64,000 bases of DNA, taken from positions 124,001 through 188,000 of the forward strand of contig CBFFRQ010000040.1 in the NCBI GenBank assembly GCA_965644315.1, written 5' to 3'. Positions 22,365-33,853 of the stretch are shown piece by piece. The notes under the pieces were generated by a model. It did no database searches and was not told the DNA's origin. It was given only the letters and a program-made list of their open reading frames with translations. This stretch comes from Caecitellus pseudoparvulus (taxonomy: Eukaryota; Protista; Bigyra: Bicosoecida). The position numbers and the translations under genes are program-made. Within the stretch, counting starts at the first letter, position 1, and the number at the start of each line of letters is the position of its first letter.

Positions 22365-24029
22365 TACCCAGGCGAACTGGTAGCAGGCTGTGCATTGCAG
22401 GCAGGGGGGGTCTACGGCACCTTGCAGCTCGCGCTGGCCATCAAACTGTCACCAGGCGGTGTCGCGCACTGCAATGCATGCCCTGCGTCCACGGCACCCG
22501 CCTCGGAGCACTCACGCCTCAGGCCACGCGCCTTTGCCGCCGCCCGCCTCTGCCGCCGCGCACCTCTCAGTCCGCCAAGCACTGTGGGGAGCCTCTCCAA
22601 GTCATTCAGGGTGGTACACCAGTTATTCTGCAGCATCGCGTACCGGAAGGCCTGCGCAGGTGGGGGGAGGAGGCTCGCGTGGCTCTGTACCTTGACACCA
22701 GCAGTCACGACGTAGCCGCTCCCTGCACAAGGCACCAGCGCAGCAGCCCCTCGCACTCACCCCATTTTGGCTGGCACCGTGGTGGGACTTGCCCCTCATG
22801 ATCAGGTTGCCGGGTCTTCCATTCCTGTGAAGGGGCGGCAGTGGCTCGGGTGATGGTGTGGGAGTGCCAGGCACCGGCTGCAACGCCAGGCATGGGGACG
22901 AGCGCATGACGGCCACGCACCGCTCAGGCCATCCCAGTACAGTATGCGGCATTCAGGGAGATACTTGGATCATCCAAGTGGGCCCTGCGAATGGCCAGAG
23001 GGGTGGTGTGTGTGCGTCGCGGGTGAGGGAGTTCGCCTGCGCAGAGGGGTGGCGTTGGAGGCAGGCAGCACCAGCGCCCGGCGCATGCAGTCCCACCCAC
23101 CCTCACAAGAAACTGCCGCGCTTTCAATAGGTACCGACAAACATCATATCAATGGTGTCTTTTCTGCGGCGCTGGGGCTGGCACGAGTGTGCGGGGGTGC
23201 CTTGGAACATGACACGGCGTTTCGCGCAAACGCCGCGCATAGGCGGGTGCTACCCCTGTCCCAACGCACCGCTGAAGCCATCCATGGAGCACAGTCCGCG
23301 ATGCAACAAGGTCAAGTTTCTCGAAAGGGCATGCTCTGGCAGGGGGAGCTCGGGTGGGGGGGCGCCTGCACGCAGAGGGGTCTGTGTGTGACTCGGCTTT
23401 GCAACGCCAATGCTGAACCCGCGTGCTAGGCCCCTGCACGAACCTGCAGCCTGCGATGGCGTCTGCAGGCCATGAGGTGTACAGCTCTTCACGACACTAT
23501 CCGGCTCACTGCGCAGGAGAGGGCGACAGGCGGGAGCGGAGGAGGTGACATGTCCCATGCCGTTGCAGGCGAAACGCCCGGCACGCAAGCTGTGCGCCGC
23601 TCACTTCTGTGTACTCGTGCAGCGACAGGCAGGCCGAGGCTAAGGCCATGTGCAAACGTACGCTACCATGGGGACTTGACTTGCACCGTTCAGATTTGCG
23701 CTGGGATTAGAAAGTGTCCCTATGCGGACGGGGCGGGGGGGGGGGGGGGTGGGTTCTTCTGATGCTGGTCCGCTGCTTCCTTGTCACACGGGCAAAGGGC
23801 CAGGCGGGGTGCGCTTCCAGTGGTGTGGTGGTTGCATGGGCCACAGGGGTGCAGCTGTTCCTCAGCGCCAAGCTGGGGGTGTTGCACGCAAGCGAACGCT
23901 GGCACGCCGGAAGAGCTTGCATTGCGCTGACGGGCGTGCGGTGGGGATATGGGTGGTGTTGCGGTGTCACCAGCCTCAGAGCAGGCATACGCACACGATA
24001 TGGATGCCCTGTACCGAGGGTACTTATCA

Positions 24030-26103
24030 TCATTCCAACGACATGTTTCTCGGGGGCGTTGCGTCGCCGCGCGGGCGCTTTGTGCCGCGGGACCTTCCGC
24101 ATCCCAGCACCGCCCCGCCGTCTCCGAGCACACCGGAAGCTTCGGCACCAGGCTCATGCTCAGACTCGGAACCTGAACCCGAGCCTGAATCCGATCCCTG
24201 GCCCGGGCAGGGGCCCAGCTCGGCACTGCCGTCAGTGCTGACCACGGGGTGCTGCGCAAGCGCTTCCTTGGCACATGCTTGGGCCAGCTTCGAACGCTCA
24301 CGGGCATCCCTCACAAGTGTAGCGCGGAAGGCCCGGGTGACGAAGCCCCATGTGGAGGCGCTGGCCTCCTCCCCGCGCAAGAAGGTCCACAATGGCCCGA
24401 GCACGGCGCCGATAGTGTACAGCTGGGCGGCGGAGAGCTTGTGCCACTCGCACGTGTGAGGGAACGGCGGTGTGCTGCGTACAAAGCTGTACGCTTGGTT
24501 GCGCACCGTGTCCACCAGATGCACCGCAGCTTCATACAGCGCCCCCAGTGCCGCCGCTGTGACGACGTCCTGGCGCCTCACGGACACACCCGCGTCCTTG
24601 GCGAGCCCCCTGCGCAACTCCTGCTCCAAGGAGACTGCCACGAGCGTGGCGCAGTCAAACGGGGCGTCCGGTGTGGCAAAGTCGCGCACCGCAGCAAAGC
24701 GCGCAGTTTGCCTGCGGCGCACTTCCTCCATCGAGAGCACGTTGCGCCCTCGATCCGCCCAAGTCAGGTAGCGCAGAGCATCCTGGGCAGCTTGCCCCGT
24801 GCCGTCCAAGCGCGAGCTGATGTCAAGGAATGCGTCGTGGGCCGGCTGCTTTCTGTGTCGCGTGCAGACCAGGACCTCCGCCTCCCTGGCGGGGCAGAGC
24901 ACAGACACCGCCTCCATAAAGGCTTCGTCCTTGGACAGTGCGCTGGGTTGGAAGAGCCGCGACACTGCATCGCGCAGCTTCTTGCACGCCTCGCGCACCT
25001 GCCCGGGGTCTGCCTGTCGCATCAGGTCTTTGGCGTCGTCCCAGGGATCAGCGCCATCTGCCAGCTGGATTGACAGCGCCTGTTCCAGTGCGTTGGGCAT
25101 GCCGTGCATGAAGGCCAGAGGGAAGTCTAGCTCCGGCGTTTCAAGGTCGGCGTCCGCTATCAGCGTTTCGTAGACATCGTCAGGGGAGCCAAGTGGCCCT
25201 TCCGGTACCCGGAGGGCTGCGTTGGTGCACATGAGTGTGAGAGTAGTCGGCGGCACCCCCCACCCCGACCCTGCCTTTAATTGTGCAAACGTCCACGAAC
25301 CCTGTCCAGGGAGCCTCTGCCTGCCGATGGCGTCCATGTGATTGGACATGGACAGACGGCTGTACTGGACACTCGGAGAATTCCGACTGGACTTGCCGTT
25401 CTTGTCAAGTGCGCCCTGCAGCTCCCTGATCTGAGCTTGCATCTGGGCCCTCTCCTTCACACTGTACAGGTACAACACGTACAGTTGGTAGATCAGCGCC
25501 CGATCCAACGCCAAGCTCGCCTGTGCCGCTATCACCCTGTCGGTCAGGCTTGGAGCCTCGAGGGCTGCCGCGTTGGGAACGCGGGGCAGGACGGCCGCGG
25601 CAAGGAAGCTCCTGGCCTCTCCACTGGAGTGGTCTGCTGCGGAAAGGGGGCACAGATCGCGTGTAAACTCAGGCGGTGTTGCGTTGAAGCCGCACGCCTC
25701 GACACGGGCAAAGGCTGGTGGGAACGCCATCCTAGTCTCGCGTTGGTATGTCACGCACCACCACCACCGGGCATGTCCAATTCATGCGGCGGCTTAGCAA
25801 GCTGGCCCAGCACTTCTGCGCGAAGGAACTCTTCTGCGGCGCGGGCAAGGACTGGGCGGTAAGCACTGGTGCTTTTGTGCGCGCGTGGTGGGGAAGCGTT
25901 TCACAGCGCAGCACACCATTTGCGTTGCTGGCGCCCGCCAACCAAACCTTGCGCTCCGGGATGGGCAAGGGCTTGCCCTTTTCAAAGGCAATCCTTTGAA
26001 GATGCGCATGCACGCCCTGGAACGCTCGCTTTGCAGAGTCATGCTCGGCGGCGGTGGCTTGAGGCACTGAGCTCGTGCTGACTTCGCTGCGTTGCTGAGC
26101 CAT
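24030..26103 (-). CDS. Transposon accessory gene of unknown function (probably spliced)
   Basis: ATG at 26103 (123-aa ORF) overlapping a 574-aa ORF in another frame; divergent from the transposase; no recognised domain. Confidence 0.5.
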
Positions 26104-26510
26104 GGTGTCTGGGTGGGGAGACGGGTGCTTGAGAGCTGAAGGTGGCCGAGAAGAGCAAGTGACTAACAGAGGGGGGGGGCCTGGAATGTGCCTTTGCGCC
26201 TTGCTGGCTTACAGAGCAGCGTGAGGCACCCCCCTCCCCCTTGCACCCCCCTGCACCCCCCTCTCAAGGGAAAACGCAGCAAGCTTCCTTGTATCCCTCG
26301 CGTTCCAGGCTTACAGGGGGACTTTTCACAAACGCTAGGGATCGAATGCACATCAACCACTAGCGCAGGTGTGCTTCTTGCCGCCGCGGTGGTGTTGGTT
26401 GCGTTGTGAAGTCCGGATTGGTGTGCCCCCTAGGCACGTTTCAGATACTGAAACGCAACTCGAGCTCTCCCTCCGGACCAGGCCCTGCCAAGCAGCATCC
26501 CACACCCACG

Positions 26511-29362
26511 ATGTTCACGTGCACTGTGTGCAAGCGGACGTTCTCAACCCAATCAGGCTTGACCCGTCACTTTCAGAGGCAGTGCCAACAGGTGACCCAC
26601 GCCAGAAGGAGAAAGCGTAGGCGCGAATTTGAGGCCAAGTTTGCGAAGCACTCTGAGGACGGGGGCAGCCCTGCGCCCGGCATCTGGGAGGATGTCTACG
26701 AGCATACACTTGCTTCACATCGGAAGCACCCGCGTGGGGACGCTGGGGCTGCGCAAGCACCTGTCCAGGAGGACGCAGACAGCGAGTACTATGAGACCGA
26801 GGAAAGCGAGAGTGATGGGGCGGACGAGTTCGGGGCCGACGCCACGGAGACCCTGCCTGCTGGGCTTGCGGCCAGCGGGGGAGACGCTCAGGCGGGAGAG
26901 GCAGCGGGAGAGGCAGGCGAGCCGGCTGCTCTACCAGCCGACACTCACTCAGCCACTGAGGTGCTGCGGGCACGCGTGGGCTTGCTCTCGGAAGAGCTGG
27001 AGACACTGAGGAAGAGGAACTCTGAGCTGGAGGCGATACTGACCACCGATGCGAGTGCCGCCTCGGTGTTCAAAGTGCAGCACGATCTCTGGTCGAAGTG
27101 CATGGCAGACACAGCCAGCTGCAGCACTTGTCAGGCGAAGGTTCGAGCACGGAAGCCGATGCAGCCCCAGAGGAAGATGAAGCGCTTGGTCGAGACACTC
27201 AAGGGGTTGCCTGGCATCTGCATGCCGGGGGTGGTGCACGCCAAGATGCCCGCCGGCGTGTGCGACCGGCGTGGAGTGCCACGTGCCACCTGGCCCATCC
27301 ACGGCGTGAAGCTGAAGGATTGGCTTGTCCACTCGCTGGCTCGGATACCTGTTGAGTGCTTGCCCGCCCGTCGGGCCACAAGGGGCGTCCCAGACCCCAT
27401 GCACACGTCGGGAATTGACACGCCCATGGGGACTGCGCTGGCGAGCAAGCTCGAGGCCGCCTTCGCAGACTGCGACGCGGTTGCGCGTGCAGCATTCCAA
27501 AGGCACCGGCCTGGGTTGAGCGACGACGAAACCCCCGCCTTGGCCGCTCCGTTCACGAAGCATGGCCGCTTTCAGGCACACACGATGGCAGGCGCCCAGG
27601 AACCCCAAGACGGCACCGTGTCGTGCTTCGCTGAAAGCCCGTGTGCTCATGCGGCGTCACAGACAGCTCTGCAACACCGCGCCCTGCCGTTTGTCATCAA
27701 CGTCTTCATGGACGAGGCCCACCCTTTCCGCCAACCGAAGACGGCCATCACGCCCCTGAGCGTCCGGCCCATGCAAGTTAGTGCCCGAGAGGCCCGAAGC
27801 CTGGGGTCAGCGGCAGTCCTTGCCTTCATGCCGCTGAAAGACATGGACTTCAAAGGGACCGCGGAGGAGGCGAAGCGCGCCAAGTACAAGGCACACCAGG
27901 CCCAGCTCCGCGCTGTGCTGCTGGAGCCTCTTGCTGAGATCCACGCTCAGGGTGGCCTGTGGATCCCGGTAGCAGCCGACCAAGTCGGCGCTCTGCGGGA
28001 CCTTGGCGTCGATGTCCTTGAGCCGGGGGCGGGGGTCGATGGGCCTTCGTTCGTTGCCCGTGTGTGGCCGCTCATCGGCGCCATCTGCGCCGACACGGCT
28101 GAGAGATGGATGCTACTCAATGCGGTTCACGGCAGGCCTCCACGGTGCTCGTGCGCGCTGGCGTGGCGCAGCAAAGGCCAGCAAGAGCTGGCCGACGCCG
28201 TGCCCCTCGACATGGCCGAGACCGTGGCAGCGCTGGGGACTTGCACGCGGCGCTCGGCGTCCTTCCACGCCGACGCGCTGCGTGACGTGGCGTCTGCCGA
28301 TCCGGTCGTGAAGGCGCGGGCGGAGGCCGACCTTGCCACGATCAGGTGGAAGGACGTCGAGGATATCTGCGACATTGAGCGCCATGCGACGCTGTTTGTG
28401 GGGGGCAATGGCTACGAGGCCTGCCCTGCAGACAGGCTGCATGTGCTGGGGAGCGGGGTGGTGGGGGACCGGACATGGGGTGCTTTGGAGCAGGGGATGC
28501 TCGCGCCTGGCCTCGGGGCGCAGGACGATCGCCAAGCGACCTTCATGCACCGCATGCAGCAGCCGCGTCCGCGCCGCATCGACGGCGTACAGGTTGTCGG
28601 CGCGGGGCGGGAGACGGCGGTCAAGCTGTCGGCCGGCAACGCCGTCACAGCAGAGGACAAGCTGGGGCTCACTCGGTGGCAGACGCTGATGATGGGCACG
28701 GACGACGCCGTCGTGGGGCCGCCCAAGGTCCGCCAACTGCTGAACGCACTGCATGGGGCCGTGGGCGTGGTCCTGCGCTTCACGTACGGCAGGGCAGTGG
28801 CTGGGCGGGGTGACGCGTGCCGTCTGGCCCAGTGGATGGCCCGTGTGGCCACCGTGTTCCAGCTCGTCAGCAACGAGCTGCGCTCCCTTGGCCGGAAGGC
28901 TCTACCCCTCACGTACCCCAAGCTGCACATTGCGCTGCAGCTGGCGCTGGACATGCATTGGTACGGTAGCCTGGAGGCGGTGGATACCGACCACGGCGAG
29001 ACCATGCACACTCGAATCAACCGTGTGCTACGTACAGTGCACCGCGGGAAGCAGGGTGTCCTCTACAAGCTGGCGGAGAGAGTGTGCCTCGTGCAGGCCA
29101 TGAGCTGCGCGCCGTACTGTCAACCGCCAGGCTACACTCCCTCCCCCGAGACCTGGTACAACCTATTGCATTCTCGCTCCCTGGTCGCCGGCGACTGTGC
29201 CGGGGCTGCTGCTGACCCAGGCGCTGAGGTGCCACTGAACTTGGTGGGCACGGCCATGCGGCCGATCGTGACGCGATCCAGGAGCGCTGATGAGCCACTG
29301 ACCTTCCCGCAGTCCTTCGTCGCAGGGGCGAGCGCCCTGGCGTGGTTGAGGGAGCGGCGGGT
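26511..29362 (+). pseudogene. Plavaka-type transposase, 5' part (C2H2 zinc finger + catalytic core), interrupted by the virus
   Basis: FTCTVCKRTFSTQSGLTRHFQRQC zinc finger; VFMDE..ITPL...VLAFMP, PLIGAICADTAE...PRCSC, PADRLHVLGSGV, YPKLH...WYGSLEAVDTDHGETMH follow the Plavaka/CMC motif order. Confidence 0.75.
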
Positions 29363-29778
29363 AAAAAAAAGGGATGGTGGTGGTTTAGTGTAAAACACCA
29401 CCCCACGGTAGATACATACGTAATGCGTGGCTAAAGCCACTATATTTAATGGTTCATTATATAGTAATTTAATAGTCAATAAAATATATATTATTTAAGG
29501 TATATTTAAAAACAAGAAATAGTAAATTATAGGAAATATAAAAAAGTAATAAGTTAAAACATTATTTCCTATTTCCTTAATTTCTCTTTTTTTATGGATT
29601 TTTAAATATTATTATAATTTTCTTAAAATAGACTTTGAGAAAGAAAATATAAGATATAGGAAAAGTCTCTCTTAATCGCATGTGTTATACTTTTAGTGAA
29701 TGAGTAAGTAAATATCTCTCTTAATTGCGGTGTGTGTCCCCTTCAAGAACAATTTAAACGCAATATTAAAAAATAAAT
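29363..29778 (+). repeat. Left terminal inverted repeat of the virus
   Basis: Reverse complement of 47091-47506; by eye it differs only in two homopolymer lengths. Confidence 0.95.
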
Positions 29779-29797
29779 TATGTGACTATAATAATTA

Positions 29798-30039
29798 TGC
29801 AAAAGAAGAACCTTTCTAAAAAGTATCTAACTATGGATTTATCCTTATTAGCTTTTGATATTGAAGAGCAAAAAGAAAACATACAAAACTTAAAGAAAGA
29901 ACTAAAAGAACTTCAAGCTGAAATGAAAGAAAAATTGCAACTGCTAAGCAATAGAATGAAAAAAGAAAATAAACAAGAATTAAAAGTAAAAGAGAAACTT
30001 TATAAAATTCAAACAGAGGAAACACTGATTGTTGAATAA
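29798..30039 (+). CDS. Small coiled-coil viral protein
   Basis: K/E-rich heptad ORF starting just inside the left TIR. Confidence 0.55.
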
Positions 30040-30063
30040 ATTTTTATCTATGTATAATAATAT

Positions 30064-30861
30064 ATGGATAAAGTAATAAACTATTTTAATGACTTTTTTC
30101 TAGGTAATCCAGCAAATAAACAAACATTGCAAACATCAACAATTACAAAGAAAGATGTTTATCAAGTGCCTATACCATGGGATGCTTACCAATGTGCCGT
30201 AGCGTGTAAATTAGTATATGATAGCCCTTCAACACGTCCATTTATTACAAGTAATTTAGTTTATAATGAAACATTAAGTAATAATAAAATGGCTGTATTT
30301 GTTGATATATCAGAAACACCAAAAGCATTTATTGTATTTAGAGGGACACAAACAGACGTAATTGATTTTATTGATGATTTAAGTATTATTGCAGGAGGAA
30401 GTTTTTCATTAAATTTATTAATTAATACAAAGAGACTAAATAAAATGCTAAATACTTTAAATGAAGTAGGTATTCAAAACATATATTTTACGGGTCATTC
30501 TTTAGGAGGTTTTGAAGCTGTATATGCAAGTAATGAATATGGTATTCCTGCAGTTGTATATAATATTGGTGCATCACCAACACAAGAACTAAGTAAAAGT
30601 ATAAGGGAATTTAAGAATAAAGTTTTAGGCATTCGTAATAGCTATAAAGACATTTTTGATAGTAGCATAATTAAATCGTATATTATGGAAGGTGATTTAA
30701 TAGCTGAAACAAGTAAAATTTTAATTCCAAACACAACAGTTTTAAAACCAAAACCAGCACCAAAAAATTTAATTGAAGCCCATTCAATTGATTTTATTTT
30801 AAAAAGTGTAGCACCAACCAATACAGAATTATATTATAGTAAACCATCAATTGGTTTTTAA
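30064..30861 (+). CDS. Class-3 lipase / alpha-beta hydrolase
   Basis: IVFRGT, FTGHSLGG nucleophile elbow, GDLI, terminal AHSI His. Confidence 0.85.
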   Translation: MDKVINYFNDFFLGNPANKQTLQTSTITKKDVYQVPIPWDAYQCAVACKLVYDSPSTRPFITSNLVYNETLSNNKMAVFVDISETPKAFIVFRGTQTDVIDFIDDLSIIAGGSFSLNLLINTKRLNKMLNTLNEVGIQNIYFTGHSLGGFEAVYASNEYGIPAVVYNIGASPTQELSKSIREFKNKVLGIRNSYKDIFDSSIIKSYIMEGDLIAETSKILIPNTTVLKPKPAPKNLIEAHSIDFILKSVAPTNTELYYSKPSIGF

Positions 30862-30874
30862 GAAAGATTTTTTT

Positions 30875-31186
30875 ATGAAAGTAATATATAATATGAATAA
30901 ACAATATAATTATGAAGATCCATTCAATGGAAAACAACCAACAAGAAAAGAGTATGAAGAGTATATTGATCATTTAAAAGAAGTAAATCAAAGACGTGTG
31001 GAATTAATTAAAAGTTGTAGTGATTATTATTTGGTACAACATTTAGATTTTTCAGAAGATTACTTATCATATGAAGAATTCATAGAATATGAGAAAGAAA
31101 TTGAAAAAGAAAAGACACAAAAGGAAGCTACAAAAATGAAAATGGATAATGTACACAAGGAATTATTAATGGCAACATCAAATTAA
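30875..31186 (+). CDS. Hypothetical viral protein
   Basis: ORF within the co-oriented viral gene block; start uncertain. Confidence 0.5.
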   Translation: MKVIYNMNKQYNYEDPFNGKQPTRKEYEEYIDHLKEVNQRRVELIKSCSDYYLVQHLDFSEDYLSYEEFIEYEKEIEKEKTQKEATKMKMDNVHKELLMATSN

Positions 31187-31218
31187 ATATTTTATAGATT
31201 AATTTTATAATCTGTAAA

Positions 31219-31728
31219 ATGATAATTGAATATTTTTTATTTTTAGTGTATGAAAGAGTAATAGAGTTTATTAATTATATAAAAATGAAATTTATAGTTT
31301 TTCAATGTTCAGAGTCTGAAAAGACTGAAAAAGACTGTACCAAGATTGAAAATAAGTCTGAAATTTTAAAGTCTGAAAATACTGAAGATGATTTTGTTGA
31401 AATAAAAACTAAGGAAAATATTCCAACAGTTCCAAATATAGATACCAAGTATTATTATAAGCCAAAAAGGGAGCTAAAACAACGAAAGCAATTATCCCAA
31501 CGAAAACAAGAACAATTAAGAAATGCACGAAAGAAAGCACAAGAGACTTATAGAAGAAGAAGGGAGGAAAAAGCAAGATTACAAGAAGAGGAGCGAATAA
31601 GAAAGTATGTAAAGATTATTAAACCAGAGATAATAAAGGAGAAAGAACAACCAATAAAAAATAAAACTATAAATGATGATTACATGATAGAGGATCTTTT
31701 AAAACAAATGGAAGAAGAAAATTATTGA
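31219..31728 (+). CDS. Hypothetical basic/coiled-coil viral protein
   Basis: 169-aa ORF with an R/K/E-rich helix. Confidence 0.55.
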   Translation: MIIEYFLFLVYERVIEFINYIKMKFIVFQCSESEKTEKDCTKIENKSEILKSENTEDDFVEIKTKENIPTVPNIDTKYYYKPKRELKQRKQLSQRKQEQLRNARKKAQETYRRRREEKARLQEEERIRKYVKIIKPEIIKEKEQPIKNKTINDDYMIEDLLKQMEEENY

Positions 31729-31762
31729 AAGTATAAATTAATATTTTATTAGTCTATATTAT

Positions 31763-33832
31763 ATGAATCCATTTAATTTGACAGATGAGCAAATTTATAA
31801 TATGCAGGAAGAGTTGAATGAAGAAAGAAATACGCAGTTTGTAAATTTAGGCTTATTGAATTATACAACTGATTTATTAGTACCTCAAGAAGCAGAAGAA
31901 GAGGAAGATATAAATTTAGATGAAGCAATTACAAATGCAGATTTAATACTACATAACAAACAATTTTATAATGAAGGATGGGGAACAACAGATGAATCAT
32001 TTGAAGAAGCATTTTTTAATGAGCAAAAAAGAGAAGAAGAAATACAAAATAAATTATTTAGAAGTTTGGGATTAACACCAGAAACTCTAGAACTAGATGA
32101 AGAACAAAGAGAACTAAAGAATATATTAAATTATATTGATGCATTTGGAAAACGTCATAATCTTTCACAAGCTGAAGTATTAAATTTAAGATCAAAAGCT
32201 ACTGAATCATTTTTAAAGAACAAATTTAATCCTTCATTCATAGCACAACAAAAACCAATAAATCAAATGCAACAAGAAATAAACCAAAAATTCAGTGGTG
32301 CTTCAGACCAGCCACCAGCACAACCACCAACAGAACCACCAGCAGAACCACCAGCAGAACCACAAGCACCAGCACAAGGGGGAGCAGGTGAGAGCAAAGA
32401 AGGAGCGGGAACTGCCCAAATGATAGACACTAGTGGGGGTATTCATACAGTAGATAAACCAACAACAGAAGCACCAGCACCAAGACGACCTGAACCAGTG
32501 GCGGATACAGGGGCGGGGGCAGTAGTTCCAAACCAAGCAGAGCTAAGAGCAAACCGACTTAAATTATTAGAAAGAGTTCAACAAAGAGGAGATGAAGTAA
32601 GAAGAGAAAACAAAGATAAAGAATACCAAGATTTAGCCGATAAGATAGCACGAGAATTTATAGAAGCAATAAAAGGTGTATCTGGTGTTGCAAAAACAAA
32701 TATGATAAATATAATAAACAAATTAGTTGAAAGATCAAGAAATACACTTAATACAACAGGAACAGACAAAGCAATAACAGCCGATGATGTAGATATTATT
32801 ACACAAAGTAGCACATCAAAATCTGCCGAAGTATTTGAAGGAATATTAGAAGGTATACCAGAATATACAAAACTAAACTTAGAAGATAAAGTAATTGTAA
32901 TTTCTAAAATAGATTTTAATAAAATAGAAGAACAAAAACAAAAAGCAAGAGCGGATATTAAGTATGGTACATTACCAGATGCACAAAGAAATGAGGTTTA
33001 TTATTTGTACCTTGGACAATTACTAACTCTTGGGAAAATTTCATTAGATAGTATTTTAAAGCAAACAGAAGAAACTCCAGAGAAACTAGGGCAAAAAATG
33101 TATACTGCTAGTGTTAATGCTAAGAAAACCCCAAAGTACTTATCAGTTTTGTATGATATATTAAACAGGTACTTAGCTGACAATAAAATAACGACTCCAA
33201 CAGGTGGGCATAAGACACAAATGGGTTATTATGGAAAACAAATTTTTGATTTAATTAAAGTTAATGCGGAAAAAGTACCAAGGGATGCAGGCGAGAAGGC
33301 GAATGCATATGCTAAACGAGTAATTGGAATACTAGCTAACCCCGAAAGCGGAATATATACAACAAGAAGAAGACCAGAACCAGCAGATGCACCAGCCCCA
33401 GCAGACGCACCAACCCCAGCAGATGCAGGAGATGAAGTAAGAGAATTAACAGATGCAGAAGATGGACAACTAAATAGATTAATTGATACATTTGAAGTAA
33501 GTAAAATGGGTGGAGCAAATCCAGATGAATTTATTGGACAGGAAATAGATTTATTATTGTCAGGCTCACCAAGTAGAGACATGAAAGCTTTAATAAAATC
33601 AATGGGCATAACAGAAGACAAAATGAAAGACATAATTAAACGCAAAGCATACTTTGTTTCACCTGATACAAGAAAAGAATATGATACTGTTTCACAAGAA
33701 GCAAAAGAAGGAAAAATAGATAATATTGTAAAAAGTTATGCTGGTAGAATAGAAGGAGGGGGTGGAGGACAAGCCCAAGGACGCAGAACACAAGCAAGAA
33801 AGGGGCGAATTTTAAAAGGAAGAGGTCAATAA
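31763..33832 (+). CDS. 689-aa viral protein (acidic N-terminus, Pro/Ala linkers, Arg/Gly-rich C-tail); possible virion core protein
   Basis: Long ORF immediately upstream of the ATPase-MCP-penton cluster. Confidence 0.7.
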   Translation: MNPFNLTDEQIYNMQEELNEERNTQFVNLGLLNYTTDLLVPQEAEEEEDINLDEAITNADLILHNKQFYNEGWGTTDESFEEAFFNEQKREEEIQNKLFRSLGLTPETLELDEEQRELKNILNYIDAFGKRHNLSQAEVLNLRSKATESFLKNKFNPSFIAQQKPINQMQQEINQKFSGASDQPPAQPPTEPPAEPPAEPQAPAQGGAGESKEGAGTAQMIDTSGGIHTVDKPTTEAPAPRRPEPVADTGAGAVVPNQAELRANRLKLLERVQQRGDEVRRENKDKEYQDLADKIAREFIEAIKGVSGVAKTNMINIINKLVERSRNTLNTTGTDKAITADDVDIITQSSTSKSAEVFEGILEGIPEYTKLNLEDKVIVISKIDFNKIEEQKQKARADIKYGTLPDAQRNEVYYLYLGQLLTLGKISLDSILKQTEETPEKLGQKMYTASVNAKKTPKYLSVLYDILNRYLADNKITTPTGGHKTQMGYYGKQIFDLIKVNAEKVPRDAGEKANAYAKRVIGILANPESGIYTTRRRPEPADAPAPADAPTPADAGDEVRELTDAEDGQLNRLIDTFEVSKMGGANPDEFIGQEIDLLLSGSPSRDMKALIKSMGITEDKMKDIIKRKAYFVSPDTRKEYDTVSQEAKEGKIDNIVKSYAGRIEGGGGGQAQGRRTQARKGRILKGRGQ

Positions 33833-33853
33833 AAAAATCTAAATAAATAGTAT

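Noticed and set aside
19630-22383. 917-aa plus-strand ORF (RLVRLSKTPAGKL repeats)
   Set aside because: Antisense shadow of the LRR repeats; stop-free only because the repeat unit lacks stops.
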